This document shows, piece after piece, positions 18,541-28,018 of a stretch of 64,000 nucleotides of DNA. The position numbers were made by a program, and so were the translations under genes. The stretch lies in the IMG/VR virus record IMGVR_UViG_3300036401_000102, positions 2,723-66,722 of that record; one strand, given 5' to 3'. The notes under the pieces are model-generated. The model made no database searches, was not told where the DNA came from, and saw nothing but the letters and a program-made list of their open reading frames with translations. The DNA comes from a virus. Every line of letters starts with the position of its first letter. The first letter of the stretch is position 1.

Positions 18541-19191
18541 TCACCGCGCTGCGACTGTTTTCCGCTCTTGCGCCGCCATGCGCAACAGGCTCAGTTCAGT
18601 CGCTGCCGACGACGGCGTATAGCCGTAGGCGAGCAGGCGTCCGGTGTAGATGGCGTCCGTCGTTTTGCCGGCCAGCCACTCGCGGTCGCGCTCGGCCTTC
18701 TTGTCTTGGAGGTGGCGCCAGAAGTCGGGGTCGGTGCGCGACATCATGGCGATTTCACATTGCAAGATCGTGGCGGTAACGGGCCGCTAGTAAGTGTGGC
18801 CGCAAACGTCGCGGGCCATACCGCGACGAACAGAACAAGGTCGGATGGTAGCACCGGATCGTTCGGACATGTCCGGATGGAATAACCCGCCACGAGACCT
18901 ACGAGAACGCATCCGATGACCCAGTATGCCAGCAAAATCCTCATCGTCTTCTCCATCGGTTGCAGCCACACTAGCCCGGAATGGTTGAGGAAGGGTTAGC
19001 GCGGCCAGTGGTCCCTTACGCGCTGGCGGCATTCGGTTTCTGTGCCTCCGGCTGCGCGGCATGGCGGGTAGTGCTCGGCGACGAGAATGACGAAGTCTTC
19101 CACCGGGATTCCGGTGGGGTGCACTATCGAATAAATTCCGCCCCCGATCATCGCTGCGAACGCAGTTGCGAGGCCAGCCAGAACCAACCCC
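18541..19191 (-). CDS. Cluster of small hypothetical/membrane proteins (18541-18765, 18744-18944, distal part of 18996-19487)
   Basis: Short co-oriented ORFs, two with TM segments; exact starts uncertain. Confidence 0.5.
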
Positions 19192-19203
19192 CATCGTCGG
19201 TCT

Positions 19204-20448
19204 TCACTCATCGTCGTTTCTCTTTGGCACTTCGGCAATCCGCTTCGCCTTCGCGGCTTCCAGCGGCTCGCGGTCCTCGGCGGTGACGCCGATGCGGTTG
19301 CGCATGTTCCGCTCCGCGCCCCAGCGGTCGTCAATGTCCTCTTTTGACCCCATGTCCGGGAGCCATGCGTAGAACCACGCGGCGTATTGGGACGGGTTCT
19401 TCGGGAGCGGCGTAGCTTGGGCGTTGGCCTCGGCGACGGCTGCGGTAGCCTTGGCGACAGGATCGGCCGGCGGCTCGGCGCGCGCATCGTCCATCCGCTG
19501 TTCCACCGACTCGTCTACGGTCTTCGGCTCGGGCTCTGCCTGGGGCGCATCCGCAGCCTTCGCCCGGGCTCCCTTGCCGCGCGTCCGGGTCTTCTTGGTG
19601 CCATCACCCCCGGTCTCGGCCGCCGCACCAGCGCCCGCCTCTGCCCCGGCGTGGCCATGGTCCAGATCCCCGTTGAGTCCGGCCTCTACCACCCCGTCGC
19701 GGAACCCCTCCGCAGGGGCGCCGTTGCCGGATTGGGCCGCGAGGCGCTCGGCGAGGGTCTGGCCGGCACCGGTCACGTCGCGCGCGTCGGCGCCGACGTC
19801 ATATTGTTCAAGCTCGTCCGGGGTGTAAATCCCGAGCAGCACATCGGGTGCGTAGATGCGAATCCAGTCGCGCGATGTATCGTAGAAAAGCTGGACGAGA
19901 GGTTTTTTCGTCCAAAGTGGGCTGCCCTTGATCTGGCCGCGATCATTCTTCGGCGGGATAACTTCGCGCAACTTCGGCGACCGGTGTTCGCGCGGCTCGG
20001 TCTCGCCTCGGAAGATGCCAGACACGATGCATACCGTGTCGTCGCCTTCACCCTCATAACGGACCTTGAGCCGTTCCTTGAGCGGCGCGCGGGCCTCGAT
20101 CACGGCGTGAACGAGTTGCGACTCGTAGTTCAGCCGATCATTCGTGACGTAGGACTTATTCGCTACTGCAAAACACGACATCTTCCATTCGACGGCCTGC
20201 AAGCAGATTGCGAGGCACATGCCGGGATTGGCGCGGAGATGCGCCGGGACCGCCTGCTGCGAGACGGACATCAATCGCGCCATCTCCATCACTTGCAGCA
20301 TGTTCTCGATTCGCACGCCGCCGAACTCGGCGCCAGCGGTGAGAGACTGCGTCGCGCTGGGGTCGATGCGCCGCTCGATCTCTTGCGTGCGCGCCGCAAT
20401 CTTCTCGTCAACGGTGCGCAGCGGGCCGTCTTGTTCAGTCATGCTCAT
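19204..20448 (-). CDS. recT: RecT-family single-strand annealing protein with long acidic/Ala-rich tail
   Basis: VPAHL..NPG.CLAI..QA..W.M..FAVANKSYV...L.YESQLV.AVI and PDVLLGIYT.DEL; next to a RecE-like exonuclease. Confidence 0.8.
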   Translation of the reverse strand: MSMTEQDGPLRTVDEKIAARTQEIERRIDPSATQSLTAGAEFGGVRIENMLQVMEMARLMSVSQQAVPAHLRANPGMCLAICLQAVEWKMSCFAVANKSYVTNDRLNYESQLVHAVIEARAPLKERLKVRYEGEGDDTVCIVSGIFRGETEPREHRSPKLREVIPPKNDRGQIKGSPLWTKKPLVQLFYDTSRDWIRIYAPDVLLGIYTPDELEQYDVGADARDVTGAGQTLAERLAAQSGNGAPAEGFRDGVVEAGLNGDLDHGHAGAEAGAGAAAETGGDGTKKTRTRGKGARAKAADAPQAEPEPKTVDESVEQRMDDARAEPPADPVAKATAAVAEANAQATPLPKNPSQYAAWFYAWLPDMGSKEDIDDRWGAERNMRNRIGVTAEDREPLEAAKAKRIAEVPKRNDDE

Positions 20449-20501
20449 CGTGTCGTCTCCATTGGGTTGGCGCAGCATGGCACTTCGCCGCGCGGGTGTC
20501 G

Positions 20502-20768
20502 CTAGGAACGTGTTCCGCCGTTAGGACATGCGTTCATCCACGCCCGGCAGAGGCGCCAGCGTTCGAACGGGAGTTTGCGATAGCGGTTCCCGTCCTTGTC
20601 GATCGCAGTGCCGTTCGGGTCCAGAACCGCGACGCTTTCGTGGCAATAGAACGGCTCGCCGGATGCGATGCATTCCGCCAGCGTCTTCACGGTGTCCGTC
20701 GATGCGTTCGCATCCGTGCCCCTGCGGCCGGCGCAAGAACCGCACATCTCGCCGCGTTGCCATACCAT
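20502..20768 (-). CDS. Cys-rich hypothetical protein
   Basis: C..CA.R.G, PFYCH and LCRAW motifs. Confidence 0.6.
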   Translation of the reverse strand: MVWQRGEMCGSCAGRRGTDANASTDTVKTLAECIASGEPFYCHESVAVLDPNGTAIDKDGNRYRKLPFERWRLCRAWMNACPNGGTRS

Positions 20769-20778
20769 GTTGACGGTC

Positions 20779-21750
20779 CTAGTTCGTGGTTGGCTCCGAG
20801 GTCAGCCGCTTGATGCGCGCCTTGGCCCGCTCGCGATACCAGTCGGTGAGATCGATATACGGCACGTCGTCGGTTGCCTCTGGCCCTTCACCGGGGCCGG
20901 GCCATTCCTTCTTGGCGACGCACTCGGCGAAGCGGTTGAGTGCGAGCCGATTTTCCTGTTCGCCGAGGTCGAGATCGTCGGGCTTCAACTGCACGACACG
21001 GCAGCAATACGGCCGTGTCTTCTCGACGAACACCAGCGAGAATGTGAAGAGCTTGCGGTCGATCTTGAGAACCTTCTCAACAGCAGTGCGGATCAGCGCA
21101 CCCTGACAATGGTAGCCGTAATCGCTGATCGTGCGCATCATGTCGATCCACGCCACGGACAGCGTCGTCTTGAGATCGGAATAATCCGCCGAGGAAGTCG
21201 GAATCGAGTCCGGGCGCGTTTTGACCCAAATGCCCGTCTCCTCGTCGCGGTACACGATGGTGCGCTCGATCAGACCGTTGAGGATGCCGGCGCGCACGAA
21301 CGGGTTGGTGCCGAGGCTGAGCGCCATGCCCTTGATGTGGTCGACCGTCTTGCCGGATAGCACGGTCTTTTTGTGCTTCGCCGCAACCGCCATCCAGTCC
21401 TTGCAGACCGTGCGTGAGCCGTGCCACGGTTTCAGTACGCCCTCGTCGTCCGCGATTTCCTTCGGCTGGATCACAAACTCCTTGGCGAAGAACGGTTGCC
21501 CGAGCATGAGGTGATGCACGGCGCGGCCGGTCGTGAAGTGCTCTTTCTCGTCAGGCTCTTCGCGATTCGGATTGTAGGGGGACGTGTCGAAGTAATGCTT
21601 CGGGGACTTGGCGTGTAGCGTGCGCAGGCCGGATGACGAGATCGACACGCCCGCGCACGCCTTCGCGCTGTGATAAAAATCGATGGGCACATTTTCATAG
21701 AGGCCCGGCTTGGCGATCGGCTTACCGTCAAACTTGATTGATTTGATCAT
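20779..21750 (-). CDS. recE: RecE-like PD-(D/E)XK exonuclease (exonuclease VIII / DUF3799)
   Basis: YH.....ISSSGL, G.AVH..ML, E.TI.Y.D..TG...KTRPD, DLKTT, YGYH.Q and F..VEK..PY motifs. Confidence 0.85.
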   Translation of the reverse strand: MIKSIKFDGKPIAKPGLYENVPIDFYHSAKACAGVSISSSGLRTLHAKSPKHYFDTSPYNPNREEPDEKEHFTTGRAVHHLMLGQPFFAKEFVIQPKEIADDEGVLKPWHGSRTVCKDWMAVAAKHKKTVLSGKTVDHIKGMALSLGTNPFVRAGILNGLIERTIVYRDEETGIWVKTRPDSIPTSSADYSDLKTTLSVAWIDMMRTISDYGYHCQGALIRTAVEKVLKIDRKLFTFSLVFVEKTRPYCCRVVQLKPDDLDLGEQENRLALNRFAECVAKKEWPGPGEGPEATDDVPYIDLTDWYRERAKARIKRLTSEPTTN

Positions 21751-21778
21751 CGCTTGCTCCATCGGTTGCGTGGTGAGG

Positions 21779-22351
21779 CTATCGCGCGCGTTTGCATTGC
21801 GCTTCGCACCAGCAGCCTTGCCAGTCCGTGCGTCGGCCGTATTTGCGTTTGAGGCGCGTCATCTGGGCGAGATTATCGCCGCAGATCGAGTCCCAGATGT
21901 CATGCCAGACCATGCCGTAGCGCACGCCCTTTGGCGGCTGATAGTCAAACGCGCTCGCCGTGACAATCTCGACGCGCGGGTCTGTGTAGCTCGGGCTGAT
22001 AAGTGCGACCACGTCGGCGTCGATTTCGACAACGGTTGCCTTCGTCACTTCGGGCTTGCGCAGACACGCGGCGAGCACCATGCCGATGCCAAGGCCGTTG
22101 ATGAGCACGTGGCCCCGCGCGCGGTGAACCGGATACGAATGATCGTAGCGCTCGTCCGGCGTATCCGACATGACGATGCCGCGACCGTCACAGTGGAGTT
22201 GTGTATAGGTGCCGGCTGGCACGTAGCCGCGCCCCTTCATCGCGGCGCGTAACGCCGTGAATTTGGCGCTCTCTTCGGACACGGTGAATCGCTTGACAGT
22301 CCAGCGCCCGCGTTTTCCTTCCGGCACATTCACAGATTCGATCAAACTCAT
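21779..22351 (-). CDS. Class I SAM-dependent transferase (spermidine-synthase-like fold)
   Basis: VMSDTP.E, VLINGLGIG, VVEIDADV and DIWD motifs. Confidence 0.75.
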   Translation of the reverse strand: MSLIESVNVPEGKRGRWTVKRFTVSEESAKFTALRAAMKGRGYVPAGTYTQLHCDGRGIVMSDTPDERYDHSYPVHRARGHVLINGLGIGMVLAACLRKPEVTKATVVEIDADVVALISPSYTDPRVEIVTASAFDYQPPKGVRYGMVWHDIWDSICGDNLAQMTRLKRKYGRRTDWQGCWCEAQCKRAR

Positions 22352-22731
22352 TTTCGGCTCCATTGGTTGCGCGATTGCATTTTACGTTTCGGCCATCTCG
22401 ACTTCGGCCTTGCGGACTTGCCGGGCTCTTTGGCGAGCAGGCGGCGGGATGCTTCCTCGGTGACGCGGGCGAGGCGTTTGACCTTGGCGATTGCGCTGAT
22501 GTCCTTCGGCGTGCGGGCTTTGTGATCGGCGCGCAGCATCGGGTGCAGATTGTGCCAGCGGTCGTCACAGTCGATCGAGTGAAATCGGATGTGATGCATA
22601 TCGAACAGCGCGATCACTTCCGCCGCCGGTACGCGCCGCGCGCGCAGATCGTCGCGTACGTCTTGCGGCAAAATGCATGAGAGCGCCGCCGCAAGACGTT
22701 CAGTAAGACTGATGTGGCCGCGCTTGGCCAT
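22348..22731 (-). CDS. HNH-like protein
   Basis: 'DMHHI.......DRWHNLHPM...DH...T' with a basic tail. Confidence 0.55.
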   Translation of the reverse strand: MAKRGHISLTERLAAALSCILPQDVRDDLRARRVPAAEVIALFDMHHIRFHSIDCDDRWHNLHPMLRADHKARTPKDISAIAKVKRLARVTEEASRRLLAKEPGKSARPKSRWPKRKMQSRNQWSRK

Positions 22732-23624
22732 CAGAGATCGGCCGTGATCTCGTCCCATCCATCGGACAGGCGAGTGAGCTTGCGCATGTTGTAGTTCTCA
22801 TCTCGCTGCGCGCGGTCCCATTTCTTGCGGTCGATCAGGCGCTCTACGTTCGTGCGGATAAGCTGGTCGATCACTGATGGATTGAGCGCGTCGAGTTCGA
22901 ATGACTCGTCGCCGTGCTCGGCTTGATAACCGGCGTGGCGGCTGTCGGTTTCCTTGGCGGGGTTCGGCGGCGGATTGTATTCGTCGATCTGATCGCGGTT
23001 CAATGCGAGCCGGATCAGTTTGACGTCGTGGCCCGCGAACATTGACAGTCGCTCTTGATTGTCGCGCGTCATGTCGATGCCGCTCGGATCGTGATCGCCC
23101 AGATGAAAGACGACCGGCGTCTGTCCGTTCGCACGATATGCGGCGAACCGCTTGCCAGCCTCGTATTGCGCCGATTGCGATGTGTAACCACGACATGCAA
23201 ATTCCTCGACACGCAGTTCGCGGCATGCGCGCTCGATCACGCCGCGCAGCGCGTCTTTCTCGATCCAGACTTCGGGGCGGAATTTCTGCGTCGCCCACAA
23301 GTCCTCTTTGTATTGACGCGACACAGCTTTGATGATTTCGGCCGGACTGTTCCACGTGCTGATGGTGTTCAGTTTGCGCGTCCGGTCTTCCATCATGTCC
23401 CAGTCAACGAGACCGGCGAGCCGTGCATCGTTGATGATTGACCCGAGCCGCTTGTATTCGGTCTGCTTGTTCGGGATGAGCCCGCGCGCGACAAACTGAT
23501 AATAGAGTTGGCGCAACGTAAGCACCAAACCTTGTTCGGAATATTCCGCGAGAATGTCGTTTGCCGTCTCAATCAGCTTCACGCTCGCGGGCGCGAAGTT
23601 GCGAGGCACGAAGACCTCAAGCAT
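22731..23624 (-). CDS. Toprim-domain protein (topoisomerase VI-A / JetD-like fold)
   Basis: TLRQLYY winged helix; EVWIEKDAL, GDHDPSG and ELDAL motifs. Confidence 0.78.
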   Translation of the reverse strand: MLEVFVPRNFAPASVKLIETANDILAEYSEQGLVLTLRQLYYQFVARGLIPNKQTEYKRLGSIINDARLAGLVDWDMMEDRTRKLNTISTWNSPAEIIKAVSRQYKEDLWATQKFRPEVWIEKDALRGVIERACRELRVEEFACRGYTSQSAQYEAGKRFAAYRANGQTPVVFHLGDHDPSGIDMTRDNQERLSMFAGHDVKLIRLALNRDQIDEYNPPPNPAKETDSRHAGYQAEHGDESFELDALNPSVIDQLIRTNVERLIDRKKWDRAQRDENYNMRKLTRLSDGWDEITADL

Positions 23625-23643
23625 TCCGTTTCTCCATCGGTTG

Positions 23644-23765
23644 TCGCCCGACCATAGCGCGTCGTCTCGCGCATTGCAGTAGGGCAGATTTCCTATCGCG
23701 CGTCCGAAATGGGAAAACGTACTTCTTGCGGAGACACGGGAAATAGCTACCGTGGGGATGCAACT
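23644..23765. promoter_or_regulatory. Divergent control region between the leftward and rightward early arms
   Basis: Non-coding gap at the strand switch, bounded on both sides by the CAACCGATGGAG RBS motif. Confidence 0.65.
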
Positions 23766-23786
23766 GCAACCGATGGAGACGACGAC

Positions 23787-24014
23787 ATGACCAGCCAGAC
23801 CACACAGACCGAAGCAGAACCCAGCATCACGGTTTTCGTCGTCCCCGAAAAACTCTCGGACGGCTCCGTCGCATGGAATGTTCATCTAGGCGAGCGCGTG
23901 TTTGCCGCGACCACCGAAGATGATGCCACCGACTTCGCCGACAAATTGGCTGCGGCCATCAACGAACACACGACCGACATCGCCGACGTGATTGTTGAAA
24001 GCTGGCGCATCTGA
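23787..24014 (+). CDS. Small acidic hypothetical protein
   Basis: ATG 8 nt after GCAACCGATGGAG; 'EKLSDGSVAWNV' motif. Confidence 0.65.
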   Translation: MTSQTTQTEAEPSITVFVVPEKLSDGSVAWNVHLGERVFAATTEDDATDFADKLAAAINEHTTDIADVIVESWRI

Positions 24015-24078
24015 CCGTCCCCCTAACCCTCTCACAGAGACAGACACCAATTTTCTGCAACCAATGGAGCCCTACCCG

Positions 24079-24588
24079 ATGCAAACCCAAGCATGGCCCG
24101 ACCCGCGCGTTGAGCGGCTGACCTCAATCTGGTCGTCTACGACGCTCGGCTACAAGGAGGTCGCTGCCGACCTCAACGCGAAGTTTCCCGACTATCGGCC
24201 GGTGAGCGGCGACGCGGTGCTCAAGAAGGCGAAGAACCTCGGGCTACCGGCGCGGCCACAGAAGCACATCGTGGCGCACGTCCAGCGCCGGTCGATCGCC
24301 CATCAGGGCGGCGGGTTCACCGCGCTCCGTGGCGGCAAGCCGCATGCGCCGAAGTGGTTCGACGACACGGCCGACGCGGCGGCGGTGCCGATCGAGCGGC
24401 GGTGCCAGCTTTGGGAGTTGGAAAAGGATCGGTGCCACTGGCCGTTCGGAGAGCCGGGCACCGCCGCGTTCTTCTTCTGCAACGACGTGACCGCCTCGGG
24501 CGCCAAATATTGCCCCCACCATACCCACAAATCCGGGCTCGGCCGCGTCCAACTCACTCCCTACGAGATCGAGCGATTGCAAATGTGA
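24079..24588 (+). CDS. gcrA: GcrA-family cell-cycle transcription regulator
   Basis: N-terminal W....VE.L..IW...A..L...S..AV..K...LGL HTH; C-terminal L.EL....CHWP.GEP.....FFC........YC..H. Confidence 0.85.
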   Translation: MQTQAWPDPRVERLTSIWSSTTLGYKEVAADLNAKFPDYRPVSGDAVLKKAKNLGLPARPQKHIVAHVQRRSIAHQGGGFTALRGGKPHAPKWFDDTADAAAVPIERRCQLWELEKDRCHWPFGEPGTAAFFFCNDVTASGAKYCPHHTHKSGLGRVQLTPYEIERLQM

Positions 24589-24639
24589 CGGCAAAAGCAT
24601 AAGCGGTTTCTGTCCAGAAATTCACACACAGGAGCCGTC

Positions 24640-25266
24640 ATGGCGAAAGCGAAAAAGAAGGCGGCGGCGAAGAAGCCCGCTGCCGCCAAGCCCCGCAAGC
24701 CCGCGAAGATCCATGCAGCCACCGCGTCCACGACGCAGGGCATCAGCAAAGACGCATACGATCGCCTCAAGAAGCGCATCAAGGGTCCGACCAAGGAGAT
24801 GGAAGGTCTGCGCGGCACGGTCGGCGGGATCGTCAACGATTTCGTGGAGAAGGAAAACCTCCACAAGGGCGCCTACCAGATCGACAAGATTTTCGACCGC
24901 TATCTCAAGAAGGGCGGCGTCGCCCTGAGCGAACTGCTGTTCCACGTCGACCTGATGCGCGAACACGGCGAATACGACTCGCTGGCGGCTGCCGACATGC
25001 TGGAAGACCGCAAGGAACGCGAGAAGGAAGCCGCCGACGAAGCCAAGTCCGCGAAGGTCAAGGAAGCCGCTGCTGCGAAAGCCGCCAAGGCCGCGAAGAA
25101 GAACGGCGCCGACGATACCGGCGGCAAGACGGAACAGGACATGAAGTCCGGCGTGGTGTCGCTCAAAGACCGGCGCGAGGTGCGGGCGGAACAGGCCGAG
25201 GCGGAAGCCACGCCGACGCCGCTGGCCGGCGAGATGGACGAGGCCGAAGCCGCTAAGTTCCACTGA
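24640..25266 (+). CDS. Putative nucleoid-associated/DNA-binding protein with histone-like Lys/Ala N-terminus
   Basis: AKKKAAAKKPAAAK N-terminus, helical core, strong SD and biased codon use. Confidence 0.6.
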   Translation: MAKAKKKAAAKKPAAAKPRKPAKIHAATASTTQGISKDAYDRLKKRIKGPTKEMEGLRGTVGGIVNDFVEKENLHKGAYQIDKIFDRYLKKGGVALSELLFHVDLMREHGEYDSLAAADMLEDRKEREKEAADEAKSAKVKEAAAAKAAKAAKKNGADDTGGKTEQDMKSGVVSLKDRREVRAEQAEAEATPTPLAGEMDEAEAAKFH

Positions 25267-25297
25267 TATCGAGCAGGTTTCGCGTGCGATTGGAGCG

Positions 25298-25326
25298 GGG
25301 GCGGTGCGGAAGTGCCGCCCCTTTTT
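25298..25326 (+). terminator. Intrinsic terminator
   Basis: GGGGCGGTGC-GGAA-GTGCCGCCCC stem-loop followed by TTTTT. Confidence 0.85.
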
Positions 25327-25339
25327 CATGGGGTGAGGA

Positions 25340-25615
25340 ATGCGCAAGAAATATCAGCGGCTGCAGGATTGGGAACGGCAGGCCATCGTGGACGGCTACG
25401 CCAACGGTGAAAAACTGGCGGTCCTCGCCACCGAGTTCAATTCCTCAGACAGCACTATTTCCCGCATCGCGGAGCGCGCAGGGCTGGCGCGCCGTCGCCA
25501 CATAAGCCGCGACCCGCCTGTGAAGTTTGAAGGCAAGCGAACGCGAAAGCGTCTCGCATGGCTCGTCCGGCAGGAGCGCGTAAAGAGGCGAGCGGATGCG
25601 AATCGGAGCCTGTGA
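25340..25615 (+). CDS. Small HTH protein
   Basis: Y.NGEKL..LA.EF..S.STISRI pattern. Confidence 0.65.
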   Translation: MRKKYQRLQDWERQAIVDGYANGEKLAVLATEFNSSDSTISRIAERAGLARRRHISRDPPVKFEGKRTRKRLAWLVRQERVKRRADANRSL

Positions 25616-26138
25616 CCCTGGCCTGAGCGGCGGCCTCGCGGTCTACGAGCCCGGCGCAGAGATCGTGCTGGCCGATATCCCGGTGTTCTGGGAGGGCCAG
25701 CGCCGCCGGGTGCATGGGCGGATCCTGATGGAATGGCTCGCGCTCCACCGGCCGGATGTGGTGTTCGTGGAAGAGGTCTGGGCCGGTCCCGCGTTCGCCG
25801 GCCCGGCCGGGTTCCGGTTCGGGCGCGCCACCGGTGCCATTGAGAGCGCGATCCAGTGCGCCGGAATTCGGATGCGGCTGGTGCGCCCCCAAGTCTGGAA
25901 AGCCTACCACGGCTTGATTGTGGCCCGGCGGAAGGGCGATCCTAAACCCCCAAAGCTGACGACCGCCGAGACGAAGGAAAAGAGCCGCATCCTGGCGATT
26001 CGCCGGTTCCAAGAGGCGGCGCCGATGATCGAGCGCAAGCGGGACCACGGGCGGGCGGAAGCCCTCCTGATCGCCGCCTACGGCGCGCACGTCATGTCCG
26101 AGCAACCAATGGAGAACCGAGATGCGGCTGGAGCCTGA
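25596..26138 (+). CDS. RuvC-like Holliday junction resolvase
   Basis: DPGLSGGLA, VEEV, FRFG, V.PQ.WK and DHGRAEALLIA motifs. Confidence 0.85.
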   Translation: MRIGACDPGLSGGLAVYEPGAEIVLADIPVFWEGQRRRVHGRILMEWLALHRPDVVFVEEVWAGPAFAGPAGFRFGRATGAIESAIQCAGIRMRLVRPQVWKAYHGLIVARRKGDPKPPKLTTAETKEKSRILAIRRFQEAAPMIERKRDHGRAEALLIAAYGAHVMSEQPMENRDAAGA

Positions 26139-26949
26139 CACATTCAACAAGGGGCGGGTGCGCCTCTATCGCGGCGACTGCATGGAGATCATTCCGAAGT
26201 TGCGCGGCAAGTTCGGCGCGGTGATCTTCGATCCGCCCTATGAAAAGCACATGCACAATTCCAAGGAGGGCGCGCGCGGTCGGAAGAATTACGGAGCGAT
26301 TCGGCGCATTCGAACAGATGGCCACGCCAATCCGAGGCCGGTCAAATTCAAGTCGATCGACGGCGTGCGCGAGGTGCTGGTGCCGCTGCTCGTGCCGCGC
26401 TGCACTGGCTGGCTCGTGGCGTTCTGTACGCCCGAGGGGATCGCGGCATGGCGGGACGAGATCGAGGCAGCCAAGGCGCGCTATAAGCGGGCGTGCTTCT
26501 GGTACAAGCCCGACGCGGCGCCGCAGTTCAATGGCCAAGGACCAGCGTTCGCGGTGGAGGCGTTCGTCACCGCATGGTGCGGCACCGGCGTATCGCGCTG
26601 GAACGGAGGCGGCCGGCGTAACCTGTTCACGCATCCGACGAACAACGCGGACCGGCACGGGGCGTTCGAGACCGAAAAGCCGGTGGCGCTCATGATGGAG
26701 TTGATCGAACTGTTCACCCAGCCCGACGAATTCATTCTGGACCCGATGATGGGCTCGGCGACCACCATCCTCGCGGCGATGGCCACCGGGCGCCGCGTGA
26801 TCGGCATCGAGAAAGACCCCGAGACCTACAAGCTGGCGCGCGCGCGGGTCGAGGCGTTCCCGATGGGGCGGCAGGAAGGCCGGGCGCACATCGCCAAGGC
26901 GCTGTTTCCCCAGGCCGACGCCGGTCCTCTTTTCGCAACTCCGGCTTGA
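26122..26949 (+). CDS. DNA N6-adenine/N4-cytosine methyltransferase (beta class)
   Basis: GDC, DPPY, TEKPV.LM and ILDPMMGSATT motifs in beta order. Confidence 0.9.
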   Translation: MRLEPDTFNKGRVRLYRGDCMEIIPKLRGKFGAVIFDPPYEKHMHNSKEGARGRKNYGAIRRIRTDGHANPRPVKFKSIDGVREVLVPLLVPRCTGWLVAFCTPEGIAAWRDEIEAAKARYKRACFWYKPDAAPQFNGQGPAFAVEAFVTAWCGTGVSRWNGGGRRNLFTHPTNNADRHGAFETEKPVALMMELIELFTQPDEFILDPMMGSATTILAAMATGRRVIGIEKDPETYKLARARVEAFPMGRQEGRAHIAKALFPQADAGPLFATPA

Positions 26950-27421
26950 CATCAACCCCTAGCGGTGAGTCGATGCGCCAGCCCCAAGCGGCTGCGGGAC
27001 TTGCAAAATCGGCGGATGTGGCGCTAGAAATGCAAATCGCCCGGAGAGCCGAGGCTCCATCCGGGCGATAAGACAAGCTACCGATTGTTCTCTTGGCAGG
27101 GCACAGCGGTAGCTCACTTGGCAACGGAGATATTCTATTTCCGTTCCCCATTCAACCCTCCCTGCCCACAAAGACGGCCGCCAAACAGGCTGCGTCTCCG
27201 CAAGGAACGCGGCTCCCCGCTAGGGGCGGCAGCGCAGGGTGTAGGGGCAAAGCTCCAGACCGGACGCGCAACGGGCCAAGTATCGGTCGTGGTCGACGTT
27301 CCCTGCCCGGCTCCATCGGACAGAAACGGGCCGCGCTCCCCGTACCTTCCGAGGGTCTCGCCCTTGGGGGTAAGGGGGGTGTGGCCTCCGAACCCTACCC
27401 TCACCATCGGACAGAGACAAA

Positions 27422-28018
27422 GTGGAGCTAGTAGAAGTGAAAAAGAACCTGAACAAGAGGCACTTTGAGCAGGTAGAGGCAAACCGAGTGATCACGCAAT
27501 CGCTCAGAAAGCTTGGAATTCCTTACGTCAATATGAATATTTTACAGGCCGGACTCATCGTCGCCGACAATCTCGGCATCAAACTAGATTACAAGCTGAC
27601 AAAATTGACAAAACATCGCCTCGCAAAGAGCATCGTCGATAAAGGATTTGTGCTGGGAGGGTTGCCTACACCAACAAGGAAGTTTGATCCCAAGCCATTC
27701 GACGCCGATCATGTCGGAACGAGCGCCCCATCGCAAAAACACATCAACGCGTTTTATGACTCTTGGGAATGGAAACGTCTGAGCTATGACGTCAAGATAG
27801 CGCGCGGCAGAAAGTGCGAGTGCTGCGGAGCCACGGCGCCGGATTCCAAGATCGTTACTGACCACGTCAAACCGCTGCGCTATTTCTGGCATATGCGGTT
27901 GTTGACCACCAATCTCCAAGTGCTTTGCGACGACTGCAATCGTGGCAAAGGAAGTCGCGACGAGACAGATTGGCGCGCGGAGAATGTCAGCGTTCTCATT
28001 CCAAAAGCGAGGACGTGA
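27422..28018 (+). CDS. HNH endonuclease
   Basis: FY.S.EW..L, CECCG, DHVKP and NLQVLC..CNRGK; lower GC than flanks. Confidence 0.85.
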   Translation: MELVEVKKNLNKRHFEQVEANRVITQSLRKLGIPYVNMNILQAGLIVADNLGIKLDYKLTKLTKHRLAKSIVDKGFVLGGLPTPTRKFDPKPFDADHVGTSAPSQKHINAFYDSWEWKRLSYDVKIARGRKCECCGATAPDSKIVTDHVKPLRYFWHMRLLTTNLQVLCDDCNRGKGSRDETDWRAENVSVLIPKART

